Below the pieces are notes generated by a model. That model was not told the origin of the DNA, made no database searches, and saw nothing but the letters and a program-made list of their open reading frames with translations. A program made the position numbers and the translations under genes. 64,000 bases of DNA from Eledone cirrhosa (lineage: Eukaryota): the NCBI GenBank assembly GCA_964016885.1, contig OZ024745.1, positions 27,156,001 to 27,220,000 on the forward strand, in the 5' to 3' direction. Below are positions 12,189 to 26,099 of this stretch, in pieces (position 1 is the stretch's first letter; the number at the start of each line of letters is the position of its first letter).

Positions 12189-12699
12189 AGTAATATTTAG
12201 GGTTGACTTCTGGTCATTATTGAAATCTCTGGATTTCGCAAAATACATAATTTTTTTATTGGAGAAGGTAAGATATTTTCCCGCAAAAATTTGATTGCAC
12301 TGTTTTGTTTCCACTTATGTATTTTTTGAAAATGATATTTATTCATTATAAAAATTAAATGATAACATTCAATATGTAGGTGGGCCCCCTTCATCTCCTG
12401 ACAACCAATATTTTACACACAAGATTTAGGCCAGTACATACGTATGCACCGAGGGACATACACATACATATACATACGCACACACAAATACATACACACA
12501 CACAAACACACACGCGCGCGCGCGTGTGTGTGTGTAAACCTTATGCATTTCTACAGTGTTTTCACCAAACTTAAGACATTGGTTACTTATGTACTCCGGA
12601 TGGTAATGGGCACTTTCATTTTTCCAGATATTGATTATAGGGCCTCCCGGCAGATAACCCCCTGTAACCACTTCCTTGGAGTCGACTGAAGAACTGCAG

Positions 12700-12957
12700 T
12701 GCAATGCAACAAAACGTCATAACTTTTGGAGTTCGCAACCGATTTTCTCAAAACTTGACACATGGGCTACGTTTGTTCTACAGATGAATGTGAATTGGCA
12801 CATATTGAGTAGGGGACTCCTGGAGGCAGGAACCCCCTTTGGGAAAAAGCCGATGATTTTGTAAAAGTATAGTTTTCGAAGAAACACTGAAGTATTGACA
12901 TACATGGTATATATAACTGCTATTTAATGCCCGTGCAACGCCGGGTACCTCTGCTAG
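12700..12957 (+). mobile_element. Helitron-like non-autonomous element, 3' end
   Basis: GC-rich hairpin GCCCGTGCAACGCCGGGT followed after a short spacer by CTAG|T. Upstream ATAACTT..CCGATTTT..AAACTTGACAC block is typical of non-autonomous Helitrons. Confidence 0.7.
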
Positions 12958-13849
12958 TATATATATATATATATATCAGATTGGAGGTGGTAAAAACCAG
13001 TTAGACCATTAGCTAGAGGATCAGCCGTCGGGGTCTTGAATTTTTTCATATACATATATATATATGTATGTATATATATGTGTGTGTGTATGTGTGTGTT
13101 ATAGACACGACGCCAACCCTAATCTGCTTATCAAACGTATTACTCAAACAAAACCAGAATCTCATTTTCTTTTTCTTTTTTTTTTCTTTTGCATCATTAA
13201 CAAGACTGATGAGCAGATGGGGTGGGACTCGGGTCTATAACACAAATATGGATCTGTGAAACATTCGTAACTGGACCTAATCAATAAAAATCTCAATGTA
13301 AGACAGTGTCTTATTATTCTTGATATATAGGTAGTCATTTCCTTTCCAATCACGTGATTATTGTCCCGTACATTCTTCGTGGTGTTTTCCATATCATCTT
13401 GTAGTAGCGGAAGAAAGAGAGTGGGGGGGGGGACAGTCACTAAACTCCGGTCTCAGTGGTGCCTCAACCGGGCCCCGCGGACAAAACGGCAAAAGCGTGA
13501 CCGCGGAGAATGGCCAGAGACATGCACTACAATAGCCACCCCATCTCAAGAGGCTCCTTCCTCCAGCGGGCCACCGTCTTTCCGACTTGAAATATCAAAA
13601 GATGTGTATGTCTTTGGGTTGTCCTGCTTCTGAGAAAGTCCGCTGAAGTTTGTTGGGTAAATGCCTGAATACCAGCGAGAAACCATAGTACGAATGTAAA
13701 CAAGCAACTGGGTTGCTGTGGAATTGTATTAGGAGTAAGCTTGCAAATATGCAACAAACATTTGACACCTGAAGAAATATACGAAAAGTGAATATAAAAG
13801 ATTGTGTGTAAGTCACACGTTCCTGTTCCACATGTGACTAATATATATC

Positions 13850-14120
<271 letters not shown>

Positions 14121-14127
14121 ATATATA

Positions 14128-14396
14128 TAATAATAATGAAATTATTGTGTACAGTGCTCAGGTGCACTACATCTCATCAAAGGTGCATGTATAGTACATA
14201 GAATAATGTACAAATGTCAGGGAATGAATAGTGTATGAGTCATGATATACATGTGTGCGTGTGTATGGAGGGGGAGTATTAGGTGTAGTGTTGGCGAATC
14301 TCAGGAAGCATGGAGGTTTTAAAGGATGCAGTATCTCGAGAACTAACAACTGATGCCAGGAGTTTGTTCCATGCTTCAGCAACTCTGAGCATGAAA
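14128..14396 (-). mobile_element. CR1/L2-group LINE 3' end
   Basis: FMLRVAEAWNKLLASVVSSRDTASFK plus a 3'UTR ending CTGAGCACTGTACACAATA-(ATT)n; same family as 57608-58145. Confidence 0.8.
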
Positions 14397-14411
14397 ATAT
14401 ATATATATATA

Positions 14412-14493
<82 letters not shown>

Positions 14494-14888
14494 AGTTATA
14501 TATTAATATATATGATAAACACAAAACGTGTTTGTATTGTAACAGACAAAGTTAGCTAGCATGAAATAAACTAATTAAAGTGAATACAATTTGTCTGTCG
14601 CGATATAAGTCAATAAAGACAAGCTTATATTGGCAAAAGCCGTGATTCCTGGACAAATTTAAATTTCAAAATCCAAACCCGCTCCGTAGATGAATTTGAA
14701 CTTCGAAACTCAAATATGTTTCGCAACGATGGTACATGAATTGAAAAATAAAGAGAATCGAAATGGAATTGATATATATATATTGATATATATTAATATA
14801 TAACTTGTATTTCACTGCTCAGAAATGCCTCTTTCTTTGAGCTGATTAATTGTAAATGACTAAGAGTTTAATCTCTAAATATAATATA

Positions 14889-14974
<86 letters not shown>

Positions 14975-15055
14975 GCTGATCAATGGCGAAACGCGCGTCA
15001 CCAACCAATAAACGTAATGAAGGAATAACCACTCGTCCTTGTTTTATTTTATTAT

Positions 15056-15183
<128 letters not shown>

Positions 15184-15689
15184 AGAGAGGGGTGGCTTAT
15201 TGCTTTCTATCTCTTTTCCAACAGCGAGCCACAAACATTTTCGACCATCAACGAGGGTCCGGGAATTCGTCTTTTAATTTGTGTAGTTGACGTATCCCTA
15301 CTATAATGTGTGTGTGTGTGTCGCATGAGGGATGGGGGACGTGTAAAATGTGTGGAAAGAGAGAAATTAAAAAATTATATGGATAATAAAATACATATTT
15401 CCCCACCCCAATCTTTTATTTCCTTTTCTTCCATATATTTATCATCTTTCCTTCTCATCCCATCTTTTATTTTTTTTATCCACTCTCACTGCCATTTATT
15501 TTATTATCGAATGCATCTTTTAATTTCTCCAAGCAATACAAGGGAAACAACTCATATTTTATAATTATACGTTCTGAGATGCGTCCCCTATAAGATTTTT
15601 ACCCCAGCAGCTACTTTGTTAGAGACAGAAGTGTTGTACCTCTTCTGTCATACTCAACTACTATAAACATAGAAGGTAGGAGATGCTCC

Positions 15690-16300
15690 AAATGTGCTCC
15701 CTCCCTTCCATAATGTAACTGTCATGACAAAAATCACTTTGACCACTCTGTATGGAGACCTGGGGCACCCAGTCCATCCTATGAGGGTCGTACTGATAAC
15801 ATGAAAAGAGGCAGCACCAAATACATTCAATAAGATGGTTGTGCTGGTGATATGACAGAACACCCCTCAGTTTACCCTGTAAATAGGTCATGTTGGTGAC
15901 AGGGAAAAACTCTCAGTACACCCTGTAAGGTGGTTATGTTGGTGCCACAACAAAACAGCACCCAGTCTACCTTGTAAGGTAGTCGTGCTGGGGACTGGAC
16001 AAATAAAAGGACCCAATCCACTCTATAAGCTGATTGTGCTGGTGACACGACAAAAAGCATCCAACCCAACCAAAACGCAGTCCACGCTGTAATGTGATCG
16101 TGTAGGTAACACGGTAAAACGGTCCCAGTCCACACTGTAAATGTGGTTGGTGTTAGGAAGGGCATCTAATTAGAAAACCTGCCAGATAGTCCTATACGAG
16201 CGAGACACAGTCACGCGACCAATCTTACCTCAAATGGGACAATTTCCCATCTAACTCATGCTAGCGTGGAAAATAAACGTTAAACGATGATGATGATGAT
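15690..16300 (+). mobile_element. RTE-tailed SINE-like repeat with an amplified internal minisatellite of about 40 bp
   Basis: Repeated CACCCAGT.CAC.CTGTAA..TG..TG.TGGTG units, then GTTAGGAAGGGCATC, ending CGTTAAACGATGATGATG. Confidence 0.7.
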
Positions 16301-16374
16301 ATATATATAACAAATAGTTTTATCGCTCTACATGGCTGAATACAAGAAATGTAAATCTGAGTTTTTTGAATATT

Positions 16375-16564
16375 AATAATTGTTTCTACTTTAAGCACAA
16401 GGCCAGCAATTACCTAGTTCATTACTGGTACTTTATTTTATCGACCCCGTAAGGATGAAAGGCAAAGTCAACCTCGGCGGGATTTGAACTCAGATCGTAA
16501 AGGGACGTAACTATGCTGGAAAGCATGGCGTCCGACCCTCTACCGATACTGCCAATCCACCGCC
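16375..16564 (-). mobile_element. Full-length young Meta/MESC-like tRNA SINE with target-site duplication
   Basis: TSD TTTTTGAATATTAATAAT on both sides (about 16363-16380 and 16568-16585); near-identical to the copies at 32265, 33622 and 45638. Confidence 0.9.
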
Positions 16565-16844
16565 CGGTTTTTGAATATTAATAATAACATTCGATTCGTT
16601 TGCAATTATGCAAACAAGCCTCAATTTTATAGCCATGTCAGTTGAATGAACCCTTCATTCTTGCTCTTGTGTTGGCATGTAAACAGAACTGCAGACACTA
16701 ATGTTTCTGGGTATCATCCTTCATCAGTACAGCTCACTGTTCACCTGCCAAACTGTCAGAGCTAGTGAAAATATATGCTATTTTCAAAAATACAGTGACT
16801 AATCGGCCTGATTTGCATATTAGCAGACTGGTCAATCAGTCAGA

Positions 16845-17370
16845 TCTGTGACCTTCATGGCCTGGTCAATTAATTTAATGCCTCTATAGTTTCCTCTGTC
16901 TAGTGCATCTCCTTTACTCTTGTAGCAATTAATGATGCTGCTGCTACGCCAGTCATTTGGTATGACCCCATTCTGTATGACTTGGTTTACTATCCGGGTG
17001 ACAATAGTGTGTCCCACCGTTCCAGATGCTTTCAGCATTTCAGCAACTATCTCCGAAGGCCCAGCTACCTTGCCTGTCTTCATATCTTTGATTGCCTTAC
17101 TTATTATACTACCTTCAACTTGCACTGCTGGTCCCTCTATTGGATCGATGTGTGGCAGACTATCTTTGTCCAATTTATTCTCCTCATTTAGTAGCTTCTC
17201 GTAGTGACACTTCCAAGCTACCTTCTTATTAGCGTCAGTGATAGCAAGTACACCATCATCATTACAGACACACTTCTCCCCGACAATATCACGGTTTTCC
17301 TTGACACATTGCTTAGCAATCCTGAACACCTCAAGTTTTTGGTCCTCGCGTTGTAGAACTCTTTGTCAAA
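16845..17370 (-). mobile_element. RTE-clade LINE ORF2 fragment (upstream of and at the start of RT)
   Basis: AIKDMKTGKVAGPSEIVAEMLK..IPNDWRSSSIINCYKSKGDALDRGNYRGIKL. Confidence 0.85.
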
Positions 17371-18369
17371 GATATTTAAGTTCAGGAAAACTCTTCAGCT
17401 ATGTCATAGATATGACAACCTCCCTAGTGTTGGTGATCCATGATTTATAATTCCCTAATACACTTCTGTAAAGTGGTTGGTGTCAGAAAGGATAACAAGC
17501 TATAGAAAAATGTGTTAGGAAGACTTGTCAGCTACGCGAAGGACATGACATCTTCCTTAGTGTTGGTGCCATGATAAAATGCACATAGTCTATCTACAAG
17601 TCCAACCTTTGATAGCAGGGAATACGGATGTTAGACTATGATTATGGTATGTTATCAGGCTGTTCTACCATCTTTCACCAATTTTAACTTGATTTTTTAA
17701 AGAGAAGACACTTTCATTCACTTGTTAGATAGCAAATTACATTCTTTTTTTTAGAAACTTTTAGTTAAATTATAAATAAAATATCTTGTTTGAATGAAAG
17801 TGATGTAAAAGATGAAGAAAATCATCTCAAATGTAGCGATATCTTTATTGAGATTACAACTAAATCCACAATAAACAGATTATTGAACAAAGGAAATATT
17901 CCGGGTTTGAGTAAATGTCTTACAAAGCTGTTTATGTATTTTACATAAATGTTGTAACATAGTCTCTAAAAATTTTACCCAAGAATGATTTCCTAAGGAA
18001 TGCATTCTTTATTAATTTTACATAAAAAGTGAAAGCTCAATTTCCATGGTTTCCTTATATTTTTGATAGATACAGTAATTCTTTATATGTTTTAGTTCAA
18101 CAAGTGAAGTTGCAAAACTTCTGGTGAATTTCCAGACCAGGCATGGGCAGCATTTTTCAAGCTGCATAGGATGTGGCTCATCATAAGGCAGGCCACACTA
18201 CTAAAAAAATCAAGGCAATTTTGAAATTAGACATGCAGTTCAGAAAGCCATACTTGCCACATGCAGCTCGCAGGTTTCGGTTTACCCAAGACTATTCTAG
18301 ACTATCAAATGCTATTAAATAACATAATTCCTTACAATGTTTGGGATGAAATTGTAGTTTCTAAATGTG

Positions 18370-18546
18370 TATGAGGGTCGGCTGAGAAGTTCATAGGCTG
18401 ACCAAATAAGTTTTATTTTTCAACCTAGTCCCTGGAAAGAACCAATGCAGTTACTAATGAGAAGAGTTGAAATTAATGCATGATTTTTACAGCTCTATCA
18501 TTAATCCTTTATAGTCAGCCTATTAACTTTTCACCCAACCCTCGTA
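18370..18546. mobile_element. Mariner-like MITE
   Basis: Same TIRs as 6246-6446, with an internal deletion. Confidence 0.8.
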
Positions 18547-18708
18547 CCTCTATAAATGATTGTGATGTAAAGTATCATAGAATTCATGTTTTATGGATTT
18601 ATTTACAAAAATTATAAATAAATGACAGGAAAAGATTTAACTATTTTTCTAGAGTTGTAGAAGTTTTACTAATGCTACTAATATTTTTTTTATCTATCAT
18701 CAATGTAG

Positions 18709-19812
18709 TCACTCTTCTGTATGAATACATATATGTGTAGTTAAGTGAACTTTTTGAGGGAATGATTTATCACAGATATCACAGTGATATGCTTTCTTTC
18801 CTATATGAACACGTTTGTGTCTAATTAAGCCACTTCTATCAGAGAATGATTTACCACAGATGCCACAGTGATGTGGTTTCTCTCCTGTATGAATATGTTT
18901 ATGCTGAATTAAGCTAGAACTTACAGAAAATGATTTACCACAAATATCACAGTGATATGGTTTTTCACCTGTATGAATGCGCATATGGTTAACTAAGTTA
19001 CAACTTATAGTGAATGATTTACCACAGATATCACAATGATATGGTTTCTCTCCTGTATGAGTACGTCTGTGTCTAATTAAGATACGTATATCAGAAAATG
19101 ATTTACCACAGGTATCACAGTGGTGTGGCTTCTCTCCTGTATGAGTACGCTTGTGAGTAGTTAAGTGGCTTCCTACAGAAAATGATATACCACAGATATC
19201 ACACTGATATGGTTTCTCTCCTGTATGAATACGATTGTGAATAATTAAGTTCTTTCCATCAGTGAATCTTTTACCACAGATATCACAGTGATATGGTTTC
19301 TCTCCTGTATGAGTACGCTTGTGTCTAGTTAAGCTACCTCTTTCAGAGAATGATTTATCACAGATATCACAGTGATGTGGTTTCTCTCCTGTATGAGTAC
19401 GTTTGTGACTATTTAAGTGACATCTTACAGAGAATGATTTACCACAGATATCGCAGTGATATGGTTTCTCTCCTGTATGAGTACGTTTGTGAGCAATTAA
19501 GGTATCATTTTGAGTGAATGACTTTCCACAGATATCACAGTGATATGGTTTCTCTCCTGTATGAATGCGTTTGTGGTTAATTAAATGACTACTTTGTGAG
19601 AATGATTTACCACAGATATCACAATGATATGGTTTCTCTCCTGTATGAATACGTTTGTGCTGAATTAAGCCACAACTTACAGAGAATGACTTTCCGCAGA
19701 TATCGCAGTCATATGATGTTTTTCGTTTCTTTTTCAGCTTTTCACCAGGAGAATCAATCCTATTTGACTGTTTTTTAAATTTAACCTTATCCTCACACAA
19801 TCCAGTTTCCAT
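18709..19812 (-). CDS. C2H2 zinc-finger protein, 12 tandem fingers, no KRAB or other effector domain; probable 5'UTR intron (acceptor near 20166, candidate donor near 22121)
   Basis: Intact 367-aa ORF of CxxC..H..H repeats with TGEKPY linkers and a short basic N-terminus (KLKKKRK). Confidence 0.92.
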   Translation of the reverse strand: METGLCEDKVKFKKQSNRIDSPGEKLKKKRKTSYDCDICGKSFSVSCGLIQHKRIHTGEKPYHCDICGKSFSQSSHLINHKRIHTGEKPYHCDICGKSFTQNDTLIAHKRTHTGEKPYHCDICGKSFSVRCHLNSHKRTHTGEKPHHCDICDKSFSERGSLTRHKRTHTGEKPYHCDICGKRFTDGKNLIIHNRIHTGEKPYQCDICGISFSVGSHLTTHKRTHTGEKPHHCDTCGKSFSDIRILIRHRRTHTGEKPYHCDICGKSFTISCNLVNHMRIHTGEKPYHCDICGKSFSVSSSLIQHKHIHTGEKPHHCGICGKSFSDRSGLIRHKRVHIGKKAYHCDICDKSFPQKVHLTTHICIHTEE

Positions 19813-20279
19813 ATTTTTCCTTCTCCCACCACAATACCCAATTTTTTTCTTCTTTTTCTTTTTGTTTTATTCTTAATATTTCTGCATTATTTCCATCAAC
19901 TGTGATGTTTGTGTTTATCTAAAAATGTTGCAAACTCTTTTGTAATCCAAGGTTAAATAGAATACAAAATTATCTTGAAGATATTCCAGATAGTGTTGTT
20001 ATTAATCTCATGTTCAGAAGAAATATTTCACAGTAATTCTACAACAGATTTATATAAACAGCGTTATATCTGTTGTGTATTACATCTTTTAGTCTTTAAA
20101 AGATTTTAAATATTGATGGTCTATCTGATGTAAAAAACAGCTTCATGTCAATGTCATCTGATAATCTGAAATAATAAAGAAACAGTATAAGATATAGAGG
20201 ATACTTAACAGTGGAAATTATACTCCATTTCTACACTGATAAACTGTAGATATAAACCTTTACCTAAATATTTGAACTT

Positions 20280-20712
20280 TACAGACAGACATCAAACATG
20301 AGGCATCTGTATGTAAACAAACAATATTTGCAGTTGATCTCTTGGACTCTTAAGCACTGAAAATATCGAGTTAAGGTAAAGGATGATGGGCTCATGCACA
20401 GAGATGCTATAAAATAACCTATGAACTCTATATTCTCAGCGCCTAAAAGTCCAAGAAATCCACTACGTATATTTTTTGTTTACATACGGATGTCTGTCAC
20501 TCAATCTGCTGCCATCTGAAATCTGTTATTCAGCTATCTTCGGTAGAGTTGTTACGATCTAAAGCCCCTAGCCGGTATCTGGGAGATATGGGGTTCAATT
20601 CCTCATAGCAGCCGCCGGCAACTTTTTTCCGTCTTTTAAGTGCCTTCACCTTATTTCATAAGCTATTTTATAGTATCTCTGCCATGAGCATATCAACTTT
20701 TACATTAACTAT
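20280..20712. repeat. tRNA-cassette repeat unit in inverted plus tandem arrangement
   Basis: The reverse complement of 20303-20418 matches 20663-20710 joined to 20428-20496; 20461-20710 is homologous to 1040-1305. Confidence 0.65.
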
Positions 20713-21099
20713 ATATATATGCGTGAGTGTTCGGCAAACTGATGTAGAGAGATAGTCAAATATACATACATATATATTATACATGATTTTACACTTCCCA
20801 CTTTCGGCGGATTTCCATGTCAGATTCGTTTAAAACTCACGAAAAAGAAACAAAAAAACTTCGAAAAAGAACAATTTCCCACCAAACGACTGAGTGATGT
20901 TTTTCAGTAAATTTACCAGATTTTTTAATTATTATTTCATTTCACAATCCCTCCTTGAATATCCAAAACTTTGCTCGTTTTCAATATTTCTTTGGGTTAA
21001 ATTTAACAAAAGTGTATATCATCTAAAATACCATGTTTGTAGTTGTTCTTCAAAACATTGACTGATATCAACCAAACATGACTTAAGTAACTAAATATC

Positions 21100-21560
21100 G
21101 GCAAAAGACGTGACGGCCTTACGATGTGCCCCAGGTCGAGAGGCAGGTGCCTTGTCTGGGACGTCACTGTTAGTGACACTTTTGCTTCTTCCCACATCCT
21201 GGATGCTGCGGTTAGGACGAGAGCCACAGCTTCCGCAAATACTGTGATCTGTCGGCCAGCTACATTTTTCAACCTGTGGCTTTCGAGACGTTTGGGGGAG
21301 TCGAGCCGCTGACTGCGAGGTTCCTCTCTTCACTGGCGGCTCGCCTAATAGAGGTAACAGGCGAATCTCGCGAGGTCGCTTGGTTGTTCCAGCGCATTAG
21401 CCTCGCCATCACCCGAGGTAACACTGCCAGTGTGCTGGCTTGCCTCAAATATCATTAGAGAGGTTGCCCGGTACTCCTCGCGATGCTGCTGTCTTTTGCT
21501 CTGGTGTTGGCTCGGTTGTTCACCCCTTCCTTTACATTTTCTTTAATATTGCAACATTAA
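21100..21560 (+). mobile_element. CRE-like non-LTR retrotransposon 3' remnant (RLE domain, frameshifted)
   Basis: RGRCLVWDVTVSDT (PD..D catalytic region), AFETFGG and WLFQRISLAITRGN. Confidence 0.8.
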
Positions 21561-22837
21561 AAGAATATATCCTACTAAATATCCCGTTATAATTATAAAT
21601 TTGGTGAAATAGCAACCAAACCCTTCAACATGAAAGATGCTAGAAGTAGCGGCTATATAACTAAGAAATATTAAAATAAAGATCCAACAAAAAAATTATA
21701 AATTAATTTACGTAACATTATATAAATTGCAGAGATTTTATCTGTTAAAACATTATTTTTCTGTGAATCAGACCGACTAAGAAAAATAATTCGTAGACGA
21801 TATCTATAGCCAATGATACCCCAAAATAATTTTATTTTAAAAACATGTGTATTACAAAACAACAAAACATTTTCCCTGTATTTACAAATATCCATACTAA
21901 AATTTCGATTATTCAAGACAACCAAGTTTTGTTTTTGTTTTGTTTTCACATTCCTATCATCGTTAATTTTGTTTACAAAATCACATAATAGACAAAATTA
22001 CCCATTTCCTTATGTTGTTAAATTTCCACTTCAATATAATTAGTATATCATCCAAGTAGAACATAATTCTATTGTTTACACACATTATTACAAACTTAAA
22101 AGTAAATCTTTATCAACTTACTGAATCCACTTGTAAAACGTAAAGCAAGTGCATAATAGATTAATGGTAGAGTTGTTCCCCTTCACATTTAATATTTAGT
22201 GACTTATTCAGTAAAGAGTTTCAAAGTGGAAATAATTATTGTTGGAGGTTTTATTGATAAATTTCTATCACATATACATATTAGTAGTTAAGTAATATTG
22301 GAATAGTTAAAGGAAAGTTAATGAAATCTATGTAGGTGTGTGGGCGTGCTGACAGGTGTAGATATCAGCAAACGGTATTATTATAGAACACTCCACTTGA
22401 TTTAGGAGAAAAAAACTTTTTTTTTTTCGTCTGCTATCAACTCCGACCTCCAACATTCTAGCAAGCGATTTTTTTTTTCCCGAAAGAAAAAAAAAAGTGC
22501 GTACCCCCACTTTACATACAAAGTTTTCCTTTCCTGGTAGTCTACCTGTTATCCCACTATGCCGCTATTGTGCTCAAAATGTCCATTGTGTACAAATAAC
22601 AATATTGAAAATTATTGTGTACAGTGCTCAGGTGAATTACAAATCATAGTTTAGAGTTTCTGCTTACTCCTTTCCATTGAACAGGACCACGATGGGATCA
22701 GGGTCCTGTCTTCTTTCCTACTTACTAACACTTTAGTTTTCAATGTGAAATGAAACTCGTCCAGTATATGGTTTGGTGATTTCTACCCAAGTCTATGAAA
22801 CTAATGTTTTACTTATAACTATTCCTGAGTTACATCT

Positions 22838-23010
22838 GCGAAAGTTGGCTGAAAAGTTCATAGGCTGACCAAGATACTCTCATGGAATGAACAAATGAGG
22901 TCTATTTTTCAACATAGTCCCTGGAAAGAAGCAATGCATTTTTCAATAAGAACAGTTGAAATTAATGCATGCAAAATTTCACAGCTCTATCATCACTCTT
23001 TTATAGTCAG
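22838..23010. mobile_element. Mariner-like MITE, partial
   Basis: One TIR plus internal sequence matching 59070-59271. Confidence 0.7.
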
Positions 23011-24754
23011 ATGGGACTCTGGAATAGTTAACAGTAGTTTCCATGGTATTGACAGCAGAGTCAGTCTTATACAGATGTCACATTCTTTCAGATTACCTGC
23101 ATTATATTTATATTATTCTGGAATGTAAACATTGATAAATAAAAAGAAATGACAAGTAGAATTAAAAAGGCAGGCAGTGTATATAAAAAAATAATTAACA
23201 TTTTTTTAATATCTAAGATAGACAACTAAAGCTAGTCATACCAATTTATCTCCCCAACAAACATGGCTAAAATAACATCAACCCTTATGATACAAGAAGA
23301 ATATAGAGGAAGAAACAAAGCTCCGATATTGAACTGGTACTTTCTTTTATCGACCTCCTCGAATGTATAAAAGGCAGAGTTGACCTCGGCGAGATTTGAA
23401 CTCGGGGAGTAGAGCCGGAACAAAAAACAATAAAGCCTTATATATATAGAGAGAGGGGGGGGGAGAAATAAGAGATTTCAGTGCAAAACACAATCTTCAA
23501 GATAGTGTGTTAGGAATAAATGTTTACGAAATGAAGGTGGGGGAGTGATTAGATCGATAACATTTGTTGAAGGCGGTTAGTGTCTGTAAAAAAACCGGAA
23601 TTGTTAACTGTCAAACGAAAAGCGAAACGGGGCAGAAAGGTTCAACCTGTCGACGTTTTAGTCATGCTAAGAAATTTCTCTTGCTTTAATGATATCGGCT
23701 GTTTTAGAAACTCCTAATTTATTGTATTGTCTCAATTTGAATCAATTATATTAACACCATATGGAACAAAATTACTAAGTAAGTATTTCTAATATATTCA
23801 ACGCATTCACTGTAATGGGATTTGTCTTGAATTATATCGTCCACCATCATCTTTAAGAAGATCAGATATAAGAATATTTGATAATGTCCACTTTATAGGG
23901 TTCCTAGTTTTGATGCTCTTGTTCACTTCCTACTGTATTATAATAGAAAAAAAATTCAAAAATAGATTTTAATTACAAGCAAAATCAAAACAAAAAAAAA
24001 TGGAATTCATGATCACATTTCTTATTTTAATAAGTCGGTGTCAAACTTGGTTTAATTTTCTTTGTTTCGAACCGTGTTGGTGTTGTCATGCTATTCATAT
24101 ATTTCTTATACATATATATACACTCAAATGCATAGATATTTCTATATAGACAGACATATAGCTATAAATATACAGATCTATTGCGCATATTTACCGAATG
24201 GTCAAATCACAAAAATGTTGGGACTTAAGTGATATTTTCTTCCCTGTTTCTGTGAATTATTCATTTAGAATAAAACAAGAGACAAATCAGTGATATAATT
24301 TTTTTTAATCATTTTATTTCTGTTCATCGGAAATATAATCGGATATTGTTTGGTTCCAGGTCAGTCTGACCAAGCAGACCTATTAAAAAAAGGTGTTCCA
24401 ACCATGACCATCCTGTTTTTTTTATTTATATAAAATATCTATACATGATTACACTGTCAAATATAGTCTCACATTCTTAAGATTCTAGAAAAATTTCAGC
24501 AGCCACTTAGAGTCGACATAACTTTCTTAACAATACATTGTTTTGAATTAAATCTCGCAGATACATTAACGAAGGTGTAGAGTACGGTTATGTTGATAAA
24601 ATTTAACAGAAAAGTTATTTATTCATTCGTTATTCATAATTATAGAAATTAGAAGGCATGATGGGCAGACTTCCGAGTTTAGATTTAGTCCTACTAGAAA
24701 CACTAATCGAAAGTATTCAGCAAACGAAAGCATTCATATATGTAACGGCTATAC

Positions 24755-25120
24755 AATAATTATTTCTACTTTTGACACAAGGCCAGCTATTACTCAGTGT
24801 ATTACTGGTACTTTATTTTATCGACCTCGTAAGGATGAAAGGCAAAGTTAACCTCGGCGGGATTTGAACTCGGAAACAAGATTATGTTCGATTCCCGGCA
24901 TCCGCCTTGTGTCCTTAACGAAGACACTTTATTTCACGTTGCTCCTGTCTACTCAGCTGTTAAAAAGAATGAGGTATCTAATTGAAAGGGTCAGCCTGCC
25001 TTGCTACACGCTATCTTCCTGAAAACTACGTTATGAGTTCACGTTAATTTCACGAACAAGCTGTTTCGTTGTTCGAGCAACTGAAGCTTTTAACGTCGTA
25101 AACCAAGGAGGTGCAACACA
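24755..25120. mobile_element. 5'-truncated Meta-like SINE (-, 24755-24872) abutting a 5'-truncated CORE-like SINE (+, 24886-25120)
   Basis: Both stop at their B boxes (GATTTGAACT / GTTCGATTCC). Confidence 0.7.
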
Positions 25121-25191
25121 CAACAATAGTGAAAGTATTTTTAAAAAATAAATAATTTTATTCTAACTTTCACCGACGTAATCGTAAATTA

Positions 25192-25635
25192 CATCATAAT
25201 AATAATGAAATATTGTGTACAGTGCTCGGGTGCACTACAACTCATCAAAAAGTGTATGTATAGTACATAGGGTAATGTACAAACGTCAGGAAAATGAACA
25301 GTGCATGAATCATGATACACACGTTTGCATGTGTATGGAAGTATTTCGGGAAGCATGAGTGTCTTAAAGGATGCAGTGTCTCGGCAGTTTGTTCCATGCT
25401 TCAGCAACTCTGAACGTGAAAAAATGTCTACGAAAGTCATGGGAGCTGTGCTGTTTTCTCATTTTGTAGGCATGTCCACGTGTGTTAGACACATGGAGAT
25501 CAAAAAGGTGCTCAGGGTTGTTGTTGGCGAGATGGTTAATAACTTTGTGGGTATTTACCAAGTCCATTGCCAGACGTCGGAGCTTCAATGAATCCATGCC
25601 CAGGGAAGCAAGGCGTTCAGAGTATGGTAGGTGTC
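25192..25635 (-). mobile_element. CR1/L2-group LINE 3' end
   Basis: LPYSERLASLGMDSLKLRRL..TRGHAYK..FFTFRVAEAWNKLP; near-identical to 57608-58145. Confidence 0.85.
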
Positions 25636-26099
25636 TGGAAACATATATCTGTAAAATATTTATCAAAGATATGCATTATTAAGAAAATTATGAGGAATCG
25701 AAGGTGGCTGCACTAGAATCTACCTCGTTGATTTGTAATAATTATTTTGCTAAGTGATACTTTTTTATTTACCATGGGTTGAATACAATCTGGTCAAATC
25801 TTATTTTAGGTTCCAAAACAAGTGGAAGTAATTGCTATAATTCTATTTTTCTTTACCCCTCCCTCTTTTCTCCATGTTTCCCCTCACTTCCACTCTCTCC
25901 TTATTTCTCTCACTATCTTCCTCCCTCCCATTAATTCATCATTCTGTCCTTTATCTCAACTTTGGTAGATAACAGACCTCTTTTCTTTAATTCTGCAAGC
26001 CAACCACATTCTTCTGATGAAGTCAAAATTTCAATTTTTCCACCATTACATGTTACACATTTTACATGTTAAATCTATTTATTAATTTATTAGTTAGTA

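Noticed and set aside
14975-15050. CGAAACGCGCGTC half-hammerhead with a pLTR-like tail
   Set aside because: The CUGANGA and stem I half is missing (truncated by a TA repeat); at most a pLTR scrap.
15690-16170. CRISPR-like repeat-spacer array
   Set aside because: The units are degenerate along their whole length with no invariant repeat and unique spacer, there are no cas genes, and the context is eukaryotic.
26010-26040. CTGATGAAG next to the Penelope fragment
   Set aside because: No stem II or GAAA follows.
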